Made by a program: the position numbers and the translations under genes. The notes beneath the pieces were generated by a model. That model saw only the letters and a program-made list of their open reading frames with translations. It made no database searches and was not told the origin of the DNA. From Spirogloea muscicola (Eukaryota): 64,000 bases of DNA. Position 1 is the stretch's first letter. Every line of letters starts with the position of its first letter. The DNA is taken from contig WELB01000001.1 in the NCBI GenBank assembly GCA_009602725.1, forward strand, positions 2,175,117 to 2,239,116. The letters run 5' to 3'. This document shows positions 38,098-53,269 of the stretch, in pieces.

Positions 38098-38726
38098 CCA
38101 CCCTCCTTACCTGAAGCCACTGCCTGACTGTGATAGGAACATGAGATCCGCCCACCTTTAGATAATGTCGTACTTTTTTTGTTCTTAGATCGGTACAAGG
38201 TCTGGCGTCTTAGCACACAAGAAGCCGTAGGAGCCCTCGAAGTGTAGAGCTGCCTGTAGTAATTGACGTGATCATTGCGTGTCACCATAGCATGGATCGA
38301 CACTTAAGAATGCCTTAAGATGGGCGTATAGCAGCATCACTGCACCCACCCACAAGCTCATCTGAGCAGCAACCAAGGCGTCAGGCTTATTTACGTTCAT
38401 GCTCGACATTGATTTCGATGCAAAGAGTGACGCGAAGCTTACATGGGCCAAAACGCTCAGGCAGTGCCAATGACATCACAGTATGCCCAGACGACGAACC
38501 AGCCTTCAGCTGCTCTACCAAAGCATGCACAATGAAGGCCTCTCTTACCTTCAAGAGAGGCAGTTCTGGCCCTTGTACAATGCAAGGGCGTCCTACTTAT
38601 TGCGAGTCAGTCCAATAAGAGCCGCTACCACTTGCATGCAGGTCTATGGGCACCGTCCAATGAAAATTTAGACGAGCGAACACCCCTGCAGGTGTAGGCA
38701 ATTTGCCATCTAAATGCTGGTCAGCA

Positions 38727-42402
<3,676 letters not shown>

Positions 42403-42549
42403 GGCCGGCGGCGGCGGCGTCGGCGCGGGGTGCTGGGAGGCCCCCGGCGGCGAGCCGAGAGCGCCGCCTGAAGGCTCGAGGGAGGCCGACCGCCCGCCGC
42501 AGCGGCGGCGTCCTGAGCTGCCGCAGCAAGCTCTCGCGCAGTCCCTCGA

Positions 42550-42580
<31 letters not shown>

Positions 42581-42769
42581 AGGCGCAGCGATGGCGGCGG
42601 CGGCGCGGAAAGCGGCTGGATGCAGCTGGACGTAGCTGCGACCAGGAGGGCGGGAAGCGAAGGTGCCGGGCTGGGTCCGAGGGGCGGGCAGGGCGTGGAA
42701 AGAGTGCGCCGCTGCCCGGGCGGGGCTTGTCGGAGCCAGCACGCCCGGACGGGAAGATTTTAGGAGCCT

Positions 42770-42856
42770 TACGGCCCTTTTGGACCCTCTGTTGATTCTT
42801 TTTTGGGCTGGCTTTCTCCAGCCCCCTATCCTCAATGGGCGAGCACTTTCTTCTTT
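42770..42856 (+). mobile_element. Solo CRE-like 3'-UTR (subfamily A) in divergent AACT/PPR promoter
   Basis: gattcttttttgggctggctttctccagccccctatcctcaatgggcgagcactttcttctttt, matching 36123-36185. Confidence 0.85.
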
Positions 42857-42892
42857 TGTCCACTCCTTCCGGGCCGCGGGCAGCGCCTGGAA

Positions 42893-45561
42893 ATGCTCAC
42901 GGCGGCGGGGGCGGGGGCGTTGCTCAGGTTCGAAGCCGGCACACTCGTCCCCGCCGCGGCGAAGGCTTGGCAAGGCAGTGCCCCCACCGGCGGCGGCGGT
43001 GGCGGCGGCGGCGGGCGCGGCACTGGCGACGCTGCGGCCGCGGCGCTCTCGACGAGACTGGCGGCGGCAGGAGGCTGGCCTTCGGCGGCGGCTGCGAGAG
43101 CCTCCCGCCAGCGGCGGCGGTGGCGGTGGCGGCAGCGTCCGGTGCGATGGTGGNCCGGCAGCGGCCGCTACGCCGTCGGCATTGCCGCCGCCGCTCGACC
43201 ACGCCGCTGTCGCCAGCAGGGGCTGCAGCGGCACCTTCTCCCGACGCCGGCATGGCGTCGCCGCGGCGGCAGCGGCTCACGAGAGCCGAGGTACGCCGGC
43301 GGCGGCCAAGCCGCTGATCGTCGGCAAGGTCACGCGGAAGGCGCTGGCGCTGCTAACGGAGCTCAAGACCCGCCCCCACAGTGAGGAGGAGCTCCGTGAT
43401 GCGCTTGCCAGGTCCGCCACGAGCCTCGCTCGCTCAACGTAGCTCAGACTGGGTTACCACGCACCTTAACCTTAACCCTTAACCCTAACCCTAAATCGTA
43501 TAATCCTAAACCTAGCTCGTGACTCTTGCAGTAGGCATTGCCCTTGCATTGTCGAATTAGACGCTTTCTGGACATTATTGAGGGTTCGTCGGTTGTCATA
43601 AGGCCCACATCAAGCAACGACTTACACTGCAATGCAGGTGGAGCAAGTCCATGCTACCGCGGCGGCGGGACATCATGAACGTCATCAAGGAGCTGGACCG
43701 CGCAGAGACGCGCACGCTCTGCTTCATGGTAAGGAGCACCGCTTCATCAAGCGCAGGTCCTGGTCTTCCAGAGCCACTGATGTTCCTTTTCACCACCACT
43801 ATCCGACTTACACAGCCGCCCCTTCAATGTGCTCTCCTTCCAGGTCTCTGAGTGGGCGCTGAGATTTGAGAGTTACGAGGCGAATAAGCGAGACTACACG
43901 ATGCTCCTGCAGCGCTATGGCCAACAGCGACGGATTGCTGACTGCGAGCGGGTTTACCGGCAAATGCAAGAGGCCTCGTTCGAGCCCGACATGGTGTCTT
44001 GCACGATCATGATAGAGGCATATGGGCGCGCCAAGGAAGTCGACAAGGCGGCCGCCATGCTCACTGAGATCTCGCGCCTCGGTATGGCGCCCGATCACAA
44101 GGCATACTGTGCACTCATCATCGCCTTCGGCTCCGCCGCCCGGCCGGCAGATGCGGAGGGTGTGCTCCTGGTACGTCATGACCACGTGCCCTCGCTTGTC
44201 TTACAATGTTGAAGTTATCCACAAGATTCTTAAGAGGATGAAATGTGAACCCAATATATAGCCAAGGGCCTAAGTGTTTCCCAACTTTCAGTTCTCATGC
44301 ATCCTCCTTGCAGGATATGGAGGACGCTGGCTGTCTTCCCAACCAGCACATATACAGCGCATTGATGACAGCATATGGGAGGCAGGGCCTGGCGGACGAT
44401 GCGCAGCGCATCTTTGATCGCATGCAGTTTCGATCAAAGCTCCTGCCTGACGCTAAGTGCTATACCTCGCTGCTCGATGCGTATGGGCGCGCTGGCGAGC
44501 CAGAGAAAGCGCGCACTGTATTCCAGGTGTGTCCCTCCACCGAGTCTGTCCACTTCACAGTCCTGAGTATAGTCATGTCGCATGAGCTGCAACTTAGAAC
44601 GCTTCAGGTGCAAGTGAGGGTCAGCGGACCGGCCAAACTCTCTGTCTAATGTACATAATTGCTGGCAATCATAATCATTGGTATACGCAGAACATGCGGA
44701 AGGTGGGGTATGTGCCAGATGATGTGGCCCTGTCGCTGATGGTGGAAGCCTACGCACACAAAGGCATGTGCCGGGAGGCCGTGGCGGCTGTTCTGGAGGT
44801 GGAACAGCTTGGGCAAAGGCCCGGCGTGGAGACCATGACAGCTCTAATTGGGTAGGCAGCCCTGTCCTGCTATTTACTTATCATGTTGCTCTCTGCTGCA
44901 TTACCACCGCTGTAGAGGATCGTGATAAGCTTGCAGTTACCGCTCCCTTGCCACTAGCTGGTTGCAGCACGTAATCAGCGTCAATGCAAGGCGTTCACAT
45001 ATTTCTGGTTGCGTGCAGCTTGTTTGGCAAGCAGAAGCTCCTTGCTGAGGCTGAGGAGGTTTTCCATGAAATGAAGCAGGCAAGCCCTGTGGCTCGGACA
45101 CAAGCCCAGACCGTCTGAGACAATTTGCATGCTCTATGCAGCTGCAGTTTCACGGCAAGACTTGTCAGCATGAAGGGTCTTCAGTACGTGAGAGTCTGGC
45201 TTATTGTACATTTGCAACTTGATTGCAGACGGGGCTTGACCCCACAAGGAGGACGTACACGCAAATGTATGCTGCTTATGCAGCGGCGGGACAGGCAAGC
45301 AAGGCGCAGGTGGTGCTGGAGGAGATGCGGTTGACTGGATGGACTCCTGACGAGTACAGCTACTCGAGGATGGTGCAAGCCCTCTTAGATGGGGGCTGCA
45401 ACTCTGAGGCCCTGGCGCTCCACCAAAGTGTGGTTGACCTCGGGCTTCAGCTGCAGGAAGACCTAGAGCAGAGGATCATTAGCATTAGTGAGCTCCAAGC
45501 TTCAAGACAGTCGTCCGCAGGCCAAGGGCTTGTCATGAGTACCGTCAATGCAGAGGGTTAG
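42893..45561 (+). CDS. P-class PPR protein with organellar targeting-like N-terminus, multi-exon
   Basis: About 8 tandem 35-aa motifs (DYTMLLQRYGQQRRIADCERVYRQM, SCTIMIEAYGRAKEVDKA, IYSALMTAYGRQGLADDAQRIFDRM, CYTSLLDAYGRAGEPEKA...). Confidence 0.92.
43463..43516. repeat. Degenerate telomere-like repeats (CCCTAA/CCTAAA) in PPR intron 1
   Basis: ccttaaccttaacccttaaccctaaccctaaatcgtataatcctaaacctag. Confidence 0.65.
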
Positions 45562-46461
45562 AATTCCCAGTTGCTGCCTGAGTCTCTCCAAGAAGTCTAA
45601 TTGCACGTCCCGCATGTCCTTGCATGCAAGATGGCCGCAGGTGGTGGCAACAGCAGCAGCGAGACGGATGAGCATGTGGGGGCGGGTCCAGTATGAGCAA
45701 GCAAAGGGGGTTCTGAAAAGGGTGAGGCAGAAGGATGAAGGATGGGGAGGAGTGGGGGAGGTGGGGGAAAGGTTGACAGAAGTAACTGGAGCTTTGGGAC
45801 ATTCCTGCAAGCGAAGAAAAGATGGGAACAGACTTGCGGACGCGATGGTGCTTTTGAGGATCTCGCGGGATGCAAGTAGTCAGGCAAAGCTTGCTGTCTG
45901 TCTGCCGTGTCCTGTGCCATAGGGCAGTCAGGATGTTTAAACTTGTATTCTTGATTGCTCAGGCAATCATGGCCAGGCTATGGGACATGTTAGGGAAAAG
46001 CTGACAACCACGACCAAGCTACTGGGATGTTAAGTCGACAAGCATGTGCAGCTCACATGAGGGGCAGGGGGGGGTGCAGATAACCAGCTGGCGCAGATAA
46101 CCAGCTTGACCACCGTGATCGACTTTTGAAGCATTGGCTGTCCGTGCCACACCCTGATGGGCCTCGCGCATGAGCAGTCCTTGAGGTAACAGGTTCTTTA
46201 TTGCAGCTGCGCAAGATTGAGCAATGTGCTGTATTTACACCATTGGTGGTCTGGCATGGCCAATGGCTATCTGGGGGCAGCCGTAGTCCAAGCAAGCTCT
46301 CGTCCTGCCTCCCATAGTACATGCACTGTTAGAGCGAATCCTGCCTCATGAGGTGCTGCTTGTCTGGTGTGAGAGGCCACTAGTGTTGCATCTTGGCCTT
46401 CTTGGGTAACAAAGGCAATTGCCAATAACGGACTCCAACATCTGACGGCCTTTAGGGGTGG

Positions 46462-46764
46462 CTAGTTTGCAGCCATTTCCTTCAGAATGATATGCTGTTG
46501 TGTCTTCTGGTCGTCTGAGTGAAGAACTTCCCTGGGCATGTAGGCCTGTCGATTGTCATCTCGAGCAAGCGGCAATGGGGTAAAAGTGATGCGCTCTAGC
46601 AAGATGCGCACATGCAGACCGGCGGTCGCACTACAACGTGCCCTCCTTAGCCTTGCCCTCAGATAAGAGCACAAGCGGCCGGCGACAGAGAAGGCTGCGA
46701 GGACCGCAGCGGCGACCGAAGCTCCGGAGTCAGCAGCCCCGCTGCCGGGGGCCCTATCGTCCAT
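46462..46764 (-). CDS. Possible small orphan protein with hydrophobic segment
   Basis: ATG-started 100-aa ORF MDDRAPG...VAAAVLAAFSVAGRLCSYL; no recognised homology. Confidence 0.3.
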   Translation of the reverse strand: MDDRAPGSGAADSGASVAAAVLAAFSVAGRLCSYLRARLRRARCSATAGLHVRILLERITFTPLPLARDDNRQAYMPREVLHSDDQKTQQHIILKEMAAN

Positions 46765-47049
46765 CCGCGACGGTCTCCAGAGCCAGACCCACAGCACCTG
46801 CAGGCCGTCAGGCTAGACGCTGTGCGCTTCGAGCTAAGTTGGGGCAGGTTTAGGGTTTAAAAGTCAGGCGGCCCGCGGAGGGTGCTGGCGCAGCTGTGCG
46901 GGGGTGAGGAGAAGGCTGGTGGTGCAGCGTGAGAGGGAGGCCAAGTCAAGCCAACACACTGTTCCGGCAAAAGCTAGTGCAAATGTTGGGTTACATAAAC
47001 CGAAGCGCTATGCCTCGAGGCAACATTTGAATGCACGCTGAAGGGGGAG

Positions 47050-47420
47050 GTCAGTACCCACGAGTGAGTACGTACGAGTCCTACACAGGAAGAAGTGAGC
47101 TCTTCTGCAAAAGTGAGAGAGGGAGGGAGAAGGCGCGCTTTTGCGCATGCATGAAAGGGTGGGCAAAATCAAGTCAACACATTGTTGAAGCAAAGCTAGT
47201 GCAAAGTGGGGCTACATCAAAGCGAAGCCCTATGCTATGGTAAGGTAACGGTGTGACGTTCTTACCAAAGGGTGAGCACATACAAAGTCGACAAGCTAAT
47301 TGGGGAGCCGCAGCGCCGCCACGGAAGCCGGTGGCCTGACTAAGGGCGCGCCAAGCACGCTGATAGCCAGCCAGAGATTGCACGTGGGGAGTCCGGAGCA
47401 CAGCCACGGAAGACCAGAGG
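47050..47420 (-). mobile_element. Two degenerate CRE-like ORF-tail fragments
   Basis: QSLAGYQRAWRALSQATGFRGGAAAPQ (47265-47385, close to the 13939 copy) and DSYVLTRGY* (~47050-47085). Confidence 0.7.
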
Positions 47421-47537
47421 CCCTGACTGGGGATCTGGGGGCGAGAGCGGGCCTCCTCGAGGCTGCCCGGCAGGGCCGCGTGGCCATGCACGAGGCGCGG
47501 CCCGTGACGTGCTTGATCAGGGGGACTCAGTTCTGCA

Positions 47538-47640
47538 TGCACGCAGTAGAAAGTGCTCGCCCATAGAGGATAGGGGCTAAAAAAGCAAGCCCAAAAAAGA
47601 ATGAACAGACTACGAGACAGTCCGGCTTGCACGCAGTAGA
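47538..47640 (-). mobile_element. Solo 77-bp 3'-UTR micro-insertion (subfamily A) with 13-bp TSD
   Basis: tgcacgcagtaga at 47538-47550 and 47628-47640 flanks aagtgctcgcccatagaggataggggctaaaaaagcaagcccaaaaaagaatgaacag. Confidence 0.85.
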
Positions 47641-48298
47641 GCCTTCCGCCCGCTCGCGTGCCCTCCGCCGCACGCGTCCCGCACACTCATCGGCGTGCCC
47701 GCATTACAACCTTCCATTGGCTCAGCGTCGCGCAAGTCTCGCCCTCCCCCGTGCCCGCCTCGCGCGCTCGGTCGCTCTGCCCCGCTGCCCCCATCGCCGT
47801 CTCAGCCGCTCTCAGGCGCTCTCCGCCATCCGGGCCTCGTCGCCTTTTGCCCAGCCTGCGGCTCCGCAGAGTGTACATGCAGAGGATACATACATCAGAG
47901 GGAATACGTAGTTGATTCCTCCCTTTCCCTCTGTGTGCACTCGGCTGGCGTTCACGGAAGCCCTCTGGGTTATTCTGATCACGTGTATCATGCTGTATGC
48001 CACTGGCGGCAGCGTGATGAGCGGAATTCGCGTGGCACTATCAGCAGCCGCGCTCTCGCTTTTCGTAGAAAAATGGGCTGCTGAGATCATAAGGGCGGCT
48101 GTAACAGCCAGCCAGGTGCATACAGAGCGCTTTCATGACTGAACTTATTCTTCTGTCATCCCGTCGCTCGTCGCCCGATCCCCGCGGCTCCATCGGATCG
48201 GTCGTGCGGGAACGGGCGGCGCCCCGGCGCCGCCGCCGTCGCCCGCCCGCCGAGGCCCCGCGCCGCCATCATCGCCGCAAAAGCGCGCGAACTCGTGC

Positions 48299-51200
48299 AT
48301 GCCCTGCAAGCTCCCAGCCCGTGGGGGAGGCAGCCNCCCTGCCCGGGGCTCGGCCTCCGACTGGCGGCGGCCGCCTTGGGCGGCCCTCCGCCCGCTCGGC
48401 CGTGCGCCGCAGCAGCCGTCGTCCCCCCCGAGGATGAAGATTTCCATGCAGCACTATGTGAGTTGATACCCAGGTCGCAGCCCAAGCTCCTGCTCGGCTG
48501 CTGCTGCACCGGGGCAAGCCTCTTGATCACTGCGCAGCGCTGCGCCGCTTAGCGTCGTCGAGCATGCCGTGCCTGCAGGAGAGGCTGCGGAAGTTGGCGG
48601 AGAAGGTCAACTGGGACGGGACGGGGGTCGAGGTGCTGCCGCAGACCAGGGAGGTCTGCTCGGAGGTGAACATGCAGATGAAGCAGGTCAAGAAGTGGAT
48701 TGCGAACCACAGGCCCAAGGTACGGGAACGACCGCCGCTAGACTGGCACATGCGAATCTTGGCATGGTACAAGACAACGTTGAAGGGATGGCTTGACGGT
48801 CAATTGCACACTGCTTGTGTTTAAGCAGCATGAATATCTACTAGCAGCTGATTGTCAGCATTGGAGCAACTTCTAGCGAAGATGATCTGTGAATTGTGGC
48901 AGTAGCAAGCGTACAAGTGCAGCTGGGCTGCTCTGCATGTGTGGCAAGATCACACAGGGATTGTGTGCAGGAAGACCCCATCAGCTCAACCTCAGACTCG
49001 CGCCCTCGATGATCTCGCGGCACCGGGCATTGCAGAGCGAGGACAGTTGCTGTGGTGGGTCCAGGCCATCCTCCGCTTCTGGGCCAGCCCCGCCGAAGTT
49101 CGATGCCCGGAGCAGCGGCAAGGCAGCACGGAACGAGACCCTGGAGGAGCTCCGGGCGAGGCTGGGCATGCGCCCCGGGGCGAAGCCAGACCTGAGCCTG
49201 GCCTTGGCCACGAGCCCCAGGAGCGTGCTCGAGCACCAGAGCTCGGTGGAACTGGAGGAGCCTGAGCTCGAGTCCTGCATCGACGAGGCGAGCCTGGACA
49301 ACACATCGCCGCCAGGGCTCCCACCCTGGCCCTCGAGCTTGTTCCAGCTCGACTGCTCCGACTTCTCGATTGGCCTGCTGGCGGACGTGCCCGACACACC
49401 GACAGACCCCGACCCAGATCCAGATCCAGACCCAGATTGCTCGGAGTCGGAAGCGTTGCCCCTGCCCGACGGCCTCACCATGCCAGACCTGGCTTCGTGG
49501 CTCCCGGCGCCCTTGCCTGCTCATAGCGGCCCAGACCTTGAGGCCAACGGCAACCTGAGCCAGTGGGGCGACTTGTATCGATGGCTCCCCCCGGCCTATG
49601 GGCCCTACAGCTGGCACGCGCCGTCAGCCTGCGGCAGCTGGAGCTGCCCGGCCCCTCATATTCAGAGACTGGGACTGACGCCCACTACGTCAGGGACAGG
49701 CTTCAGAGGCATGGGGCCTAAGGTCAGCACAACTTCCTTCTTGGCTACTGACCTTGCAATGTCAGCAGAGTCAGTGTGTGCTAAGTATGGATTTCATCAT
49801 CAGACACTGACTAGTGTTATCCATGTCGTGCAAGCAGAGCCAAATTGAGGCGGTCTTGTTCGAGAAGCTGCTGAGCCAAAGCGACACCAACCACCTCGGT
49901 CGCATCATACTTCCAAAGGTCTGTTACCTGAAGCAATAATCAAGCCAGCAATGATGAAGCTATATGCTGTGTTCTTGCTTTGAACATGACTGGCCAATCC
50001 AGACAATGGACGAACAAATAGTATTAGCTCAAAGGCATGTTATACAAGAGTCTGGCCGGCCACAACGAGCATGCATCTGCATGAGTGCCGTCCTCGGCGT
50101 TGACATTTGCAATTGGATTTGCTACGTTGCCGCATAGAAGTGGAAGGCAGCTCGTGTCAAGTTCAAACTTTGACATTTTAAAGCAGCATATGAACAACTT
50201 GATCCCATCCGCTTCCCAAGTTGCCCAGTGCAGGGTGCTGCTGAGCAATTTCTGCCCCACTGTGAAGACAAGGAGGGGCTGCACCTGATAGTTGAAGACA
50301 GTTGTGGTGGTCAGTGGTGTTTCCGTTACAGGTATGTCCTACTGAAAACGAGGTCACAAGAGTAATCTCCAAGCATATAGCCCCTTATAGCATCCTACAT
50401 TTGATGAACTTGCTGATCGACAAGAATTACGCTAGCACTGAGAGTATGCAATCAGACGTGATGCCAAGGGCCGAGGAAGTTGGTTGCTGACAAAAGCTTA
50501 ATCAAGCATGCCGGTTGCAACACAGGTATTGGCCGAATAACAAGAGCAAGATGTATGTGCTGGAACAAGCAGGTCTCCTGCCTTCGCCAACCAAGCATGC
50601 AGCTGCTTTTAGATCTTATCAAGCACTAAACTTGCTGAAAGTGAAGCCCAGTAATAGTGCAATGCATTTTCCTGCAGTGACGTAGTTTGGTGTCATTTTC
50701 TCGAGTAGAAAGCACTAGAGTTGCCACATAGATTTCACGGTCCGAAAAGCCCTGGTTAACACAATCTGGTTGACAAAATGTGCTGTTTCACAATATCAAC
50801 AACTTTTCTCGCTTGCAAATAGGTGACTACATCAAAGCTCATGGACTGGAACGAGGGGACATTGTTGAGTTTTGCCGGTCTACCCATGGGCACTTGGTAC
50901 TTCATCTGGCCTAGTGCATTCATATGCCGTCCTGTATGTACAATAATATAGATATCTTGAAGGCCATGGAAGAGATTAGCAACATAAGGACTCTTCTCGC
51001 CGTCGGTCATAGCTAAGCGTGACACTCTTCGGTCATGTGCAGGGGAGTGAAGCATTTGGCAATGGAAGCAGGGCCGCCTGACTTTTTGCTGTAGAAGGCA
51101 AGTTGCTTGAACACCGGCGATGATGTTTACATACACTAATGCAGGTGCTCCAGGAAAAGAAAGGCGACCACAAGGAGTTCACGAAAGCGCCCTCAAGAGG

Positions 51201-52504
51201 ACAACCTCTGTCAACGACAAAGCAAGCCTCGGGGTACGGACTGAAGAGGAAGGCACCTCCAACAGCGTCCAGTGTCCCGCTGGACCACCATCTCGAGGAC
51301 AGGGCTTTCCAGGCGTGGCTGGACAGCGGCTCTCGCAGGTTGCCAGGAGCTTTGTCTGCGCTGTCTGCCAGCAAGAGCACCAGCCACGCCGACTTTGGAA
51401 GCTCGGCACTGCTGCCCGGGCACCACTGTGCACGGCAGTACAGCGGCAACTGCAAGCTGGATCAGCTGTTCCAAGATTCGCCAGACGCCCCGCGCTGCTC
51501 TCTGGAAATGGGCCAGGGCTCCTTCACAATCAACATGGCAATGGAGCAAGACACTGCAGCTGAGGCGTTCCTGGACGGGTACCAGCTTGCGTGCGACCTG
51601 GACAAGCGGAGCACGTCGCCAGTCAAGGCCGACCTGATGGAACTTGATTGGGAGGTCGATCAGAAGCAGGTCGTCAAGCAGGAGCACATGCAGGCTGCTG
51701 GGGTCCTCTCCGACTTAGCCTGCAAGCATGCCGAGGACGACGAAGAGGACCTCGTCGCCGAGCTGGTCCAGGAACCTCTCACATCACACAACGGACTGTC
51801 AGGTCTGGACGATCACTTGCTTTTAGGGGTTCACGTATCATCTGTTGCACAGACGGCATGGACTATATAAGAGATGGTAGGCTCTAGCTGATGTTCAATG
51901 CACCTCCTTGCCATTCAGAACGCAAGATGCGGACACAGGATCTCATATCCTTGCAGGCAAGGTAACAGCAACCGCTGCCTGTAGCACGAGGACAGAGTGC
52001 TTGCTGTCAGGTTACCTGAAATTCCACGAGATGAGCAAGTCCTGCGTTTTCTGCCCACATGCAGATCTCCCGACGTGGCTGCCGCTGGTACCACTGGATA
52101 TATGCACTTCGCCGCCGTGCCCGCTAATGCAGCAGGATGAGGTGCCACTGAGGGCCAAGGAGCTGGTGCTGCCCAGCACGGAGGCGTGCTTGGAGATGCT
52201 CGGCATCTCGGCAGAGGGGGCTCCGACAGGTCAGCTGGACAGGCCTCCTGCGGAGGCAGACGAGATGACATCCGTGAGTGGTGATGTGTCGCCGGCAGCC
52301 GGCATGGCTGCTGTCCCGCAGGCGCCAGCGGAGGTCAACAACGTAGCTAGGGATGACAGGGAGGGGGGTGCTGGCGCCGCTGCCATGCTGTCGGAGGCAG
52401 GTCTGCCAACGGACATGAAGGAGGTGGTGCTACTGAGCGAGGTGCATCGAGCGCTGGAGGCAGCAAGCGACTTGGAGGAGGCCTGCAACGCTGGCTTAGA
52501 CTGA
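48299..52504 (+). CDS. Transcription factor: ZF-HD-class homeodomain + ABI3/LAV-type B3 domain
   Basis: Homeodomain exons ...-48457 and 48579-48719 read PRMKISMQHY|ERLRKLAEKVNW...EVCSEVNMQMKQVKKWIANHR. B3 exons 49838-49918, 50234-50331, 50526-50572 and 50823-50896 read LFEKLLSQSDTNHLGRIILPK...WCFRYRYWPNNKSKMYVLEQAGDYIKAHGLERGD. Confidence 0.8.
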
Positions 52505-53269
52505 CCGCATCGCGGCCACCTGAGCAATGAAGCAAGCTGCAGATGACAAGCTGAGGGGCCCAGCCGCCATGCTTAGTCGAAGCAGCCAGCTGAGCACACC
52601 AATGCCCTCACAATCTGCAGCAGAGCGAAGTAGCTTCGACAGGCACTCACCACGGTCGTGCCTTCGGCAATCAGGCTGTGCATATCTTCCAGCTCGATGG
52701 ACATTAGTGCCTCCATTGGTCATGGAAGCTGGAATAAGAAGACGGGCTTGAAGGACCCATGGCCAGGCAGACCGCAGTAGACAATTGCTGGCAGTAGCAA
52801 CTTGCCTGCATCTCGAGACTACTTTAATTGTCAGCAATAACATATCTGTACCATGTCTAACAGAGTCAAGCATGAAAGAAGACGATGTGACAACTCTTGA
52901 AAACGACAAACTTATATTTGAGACTAAGCTCAGCATTTGGCATTGGCCCCGCGTTTGGAACCGGGCCCAACTTCTTTTGGTTGATTCCATGATTTCATCT
53001 CATTCTTGGATGGCAGCCTGGTCTTGGGCTTGCAGTTGGCACTGCTATTGTCTCGGGTACCGGCGTTTCTATGGTTGGCTGGCGGATCGGTCATACAAGC
53101 CACGAAGCACGGAGCAGCAAAATAAACAACATAAAGTCAAGCTAAGGGCAGCAAACGGGGCCATGCTTGCTTTGGCTTTCCTGAACAGAGTGTTTGTTTC
53201 ATGCGGCCTCCTTTGCTTCATGCACACCGAGCGCCGTTTCTTTCTCCCTTTGGCAAGAGCTGCTTCTTT

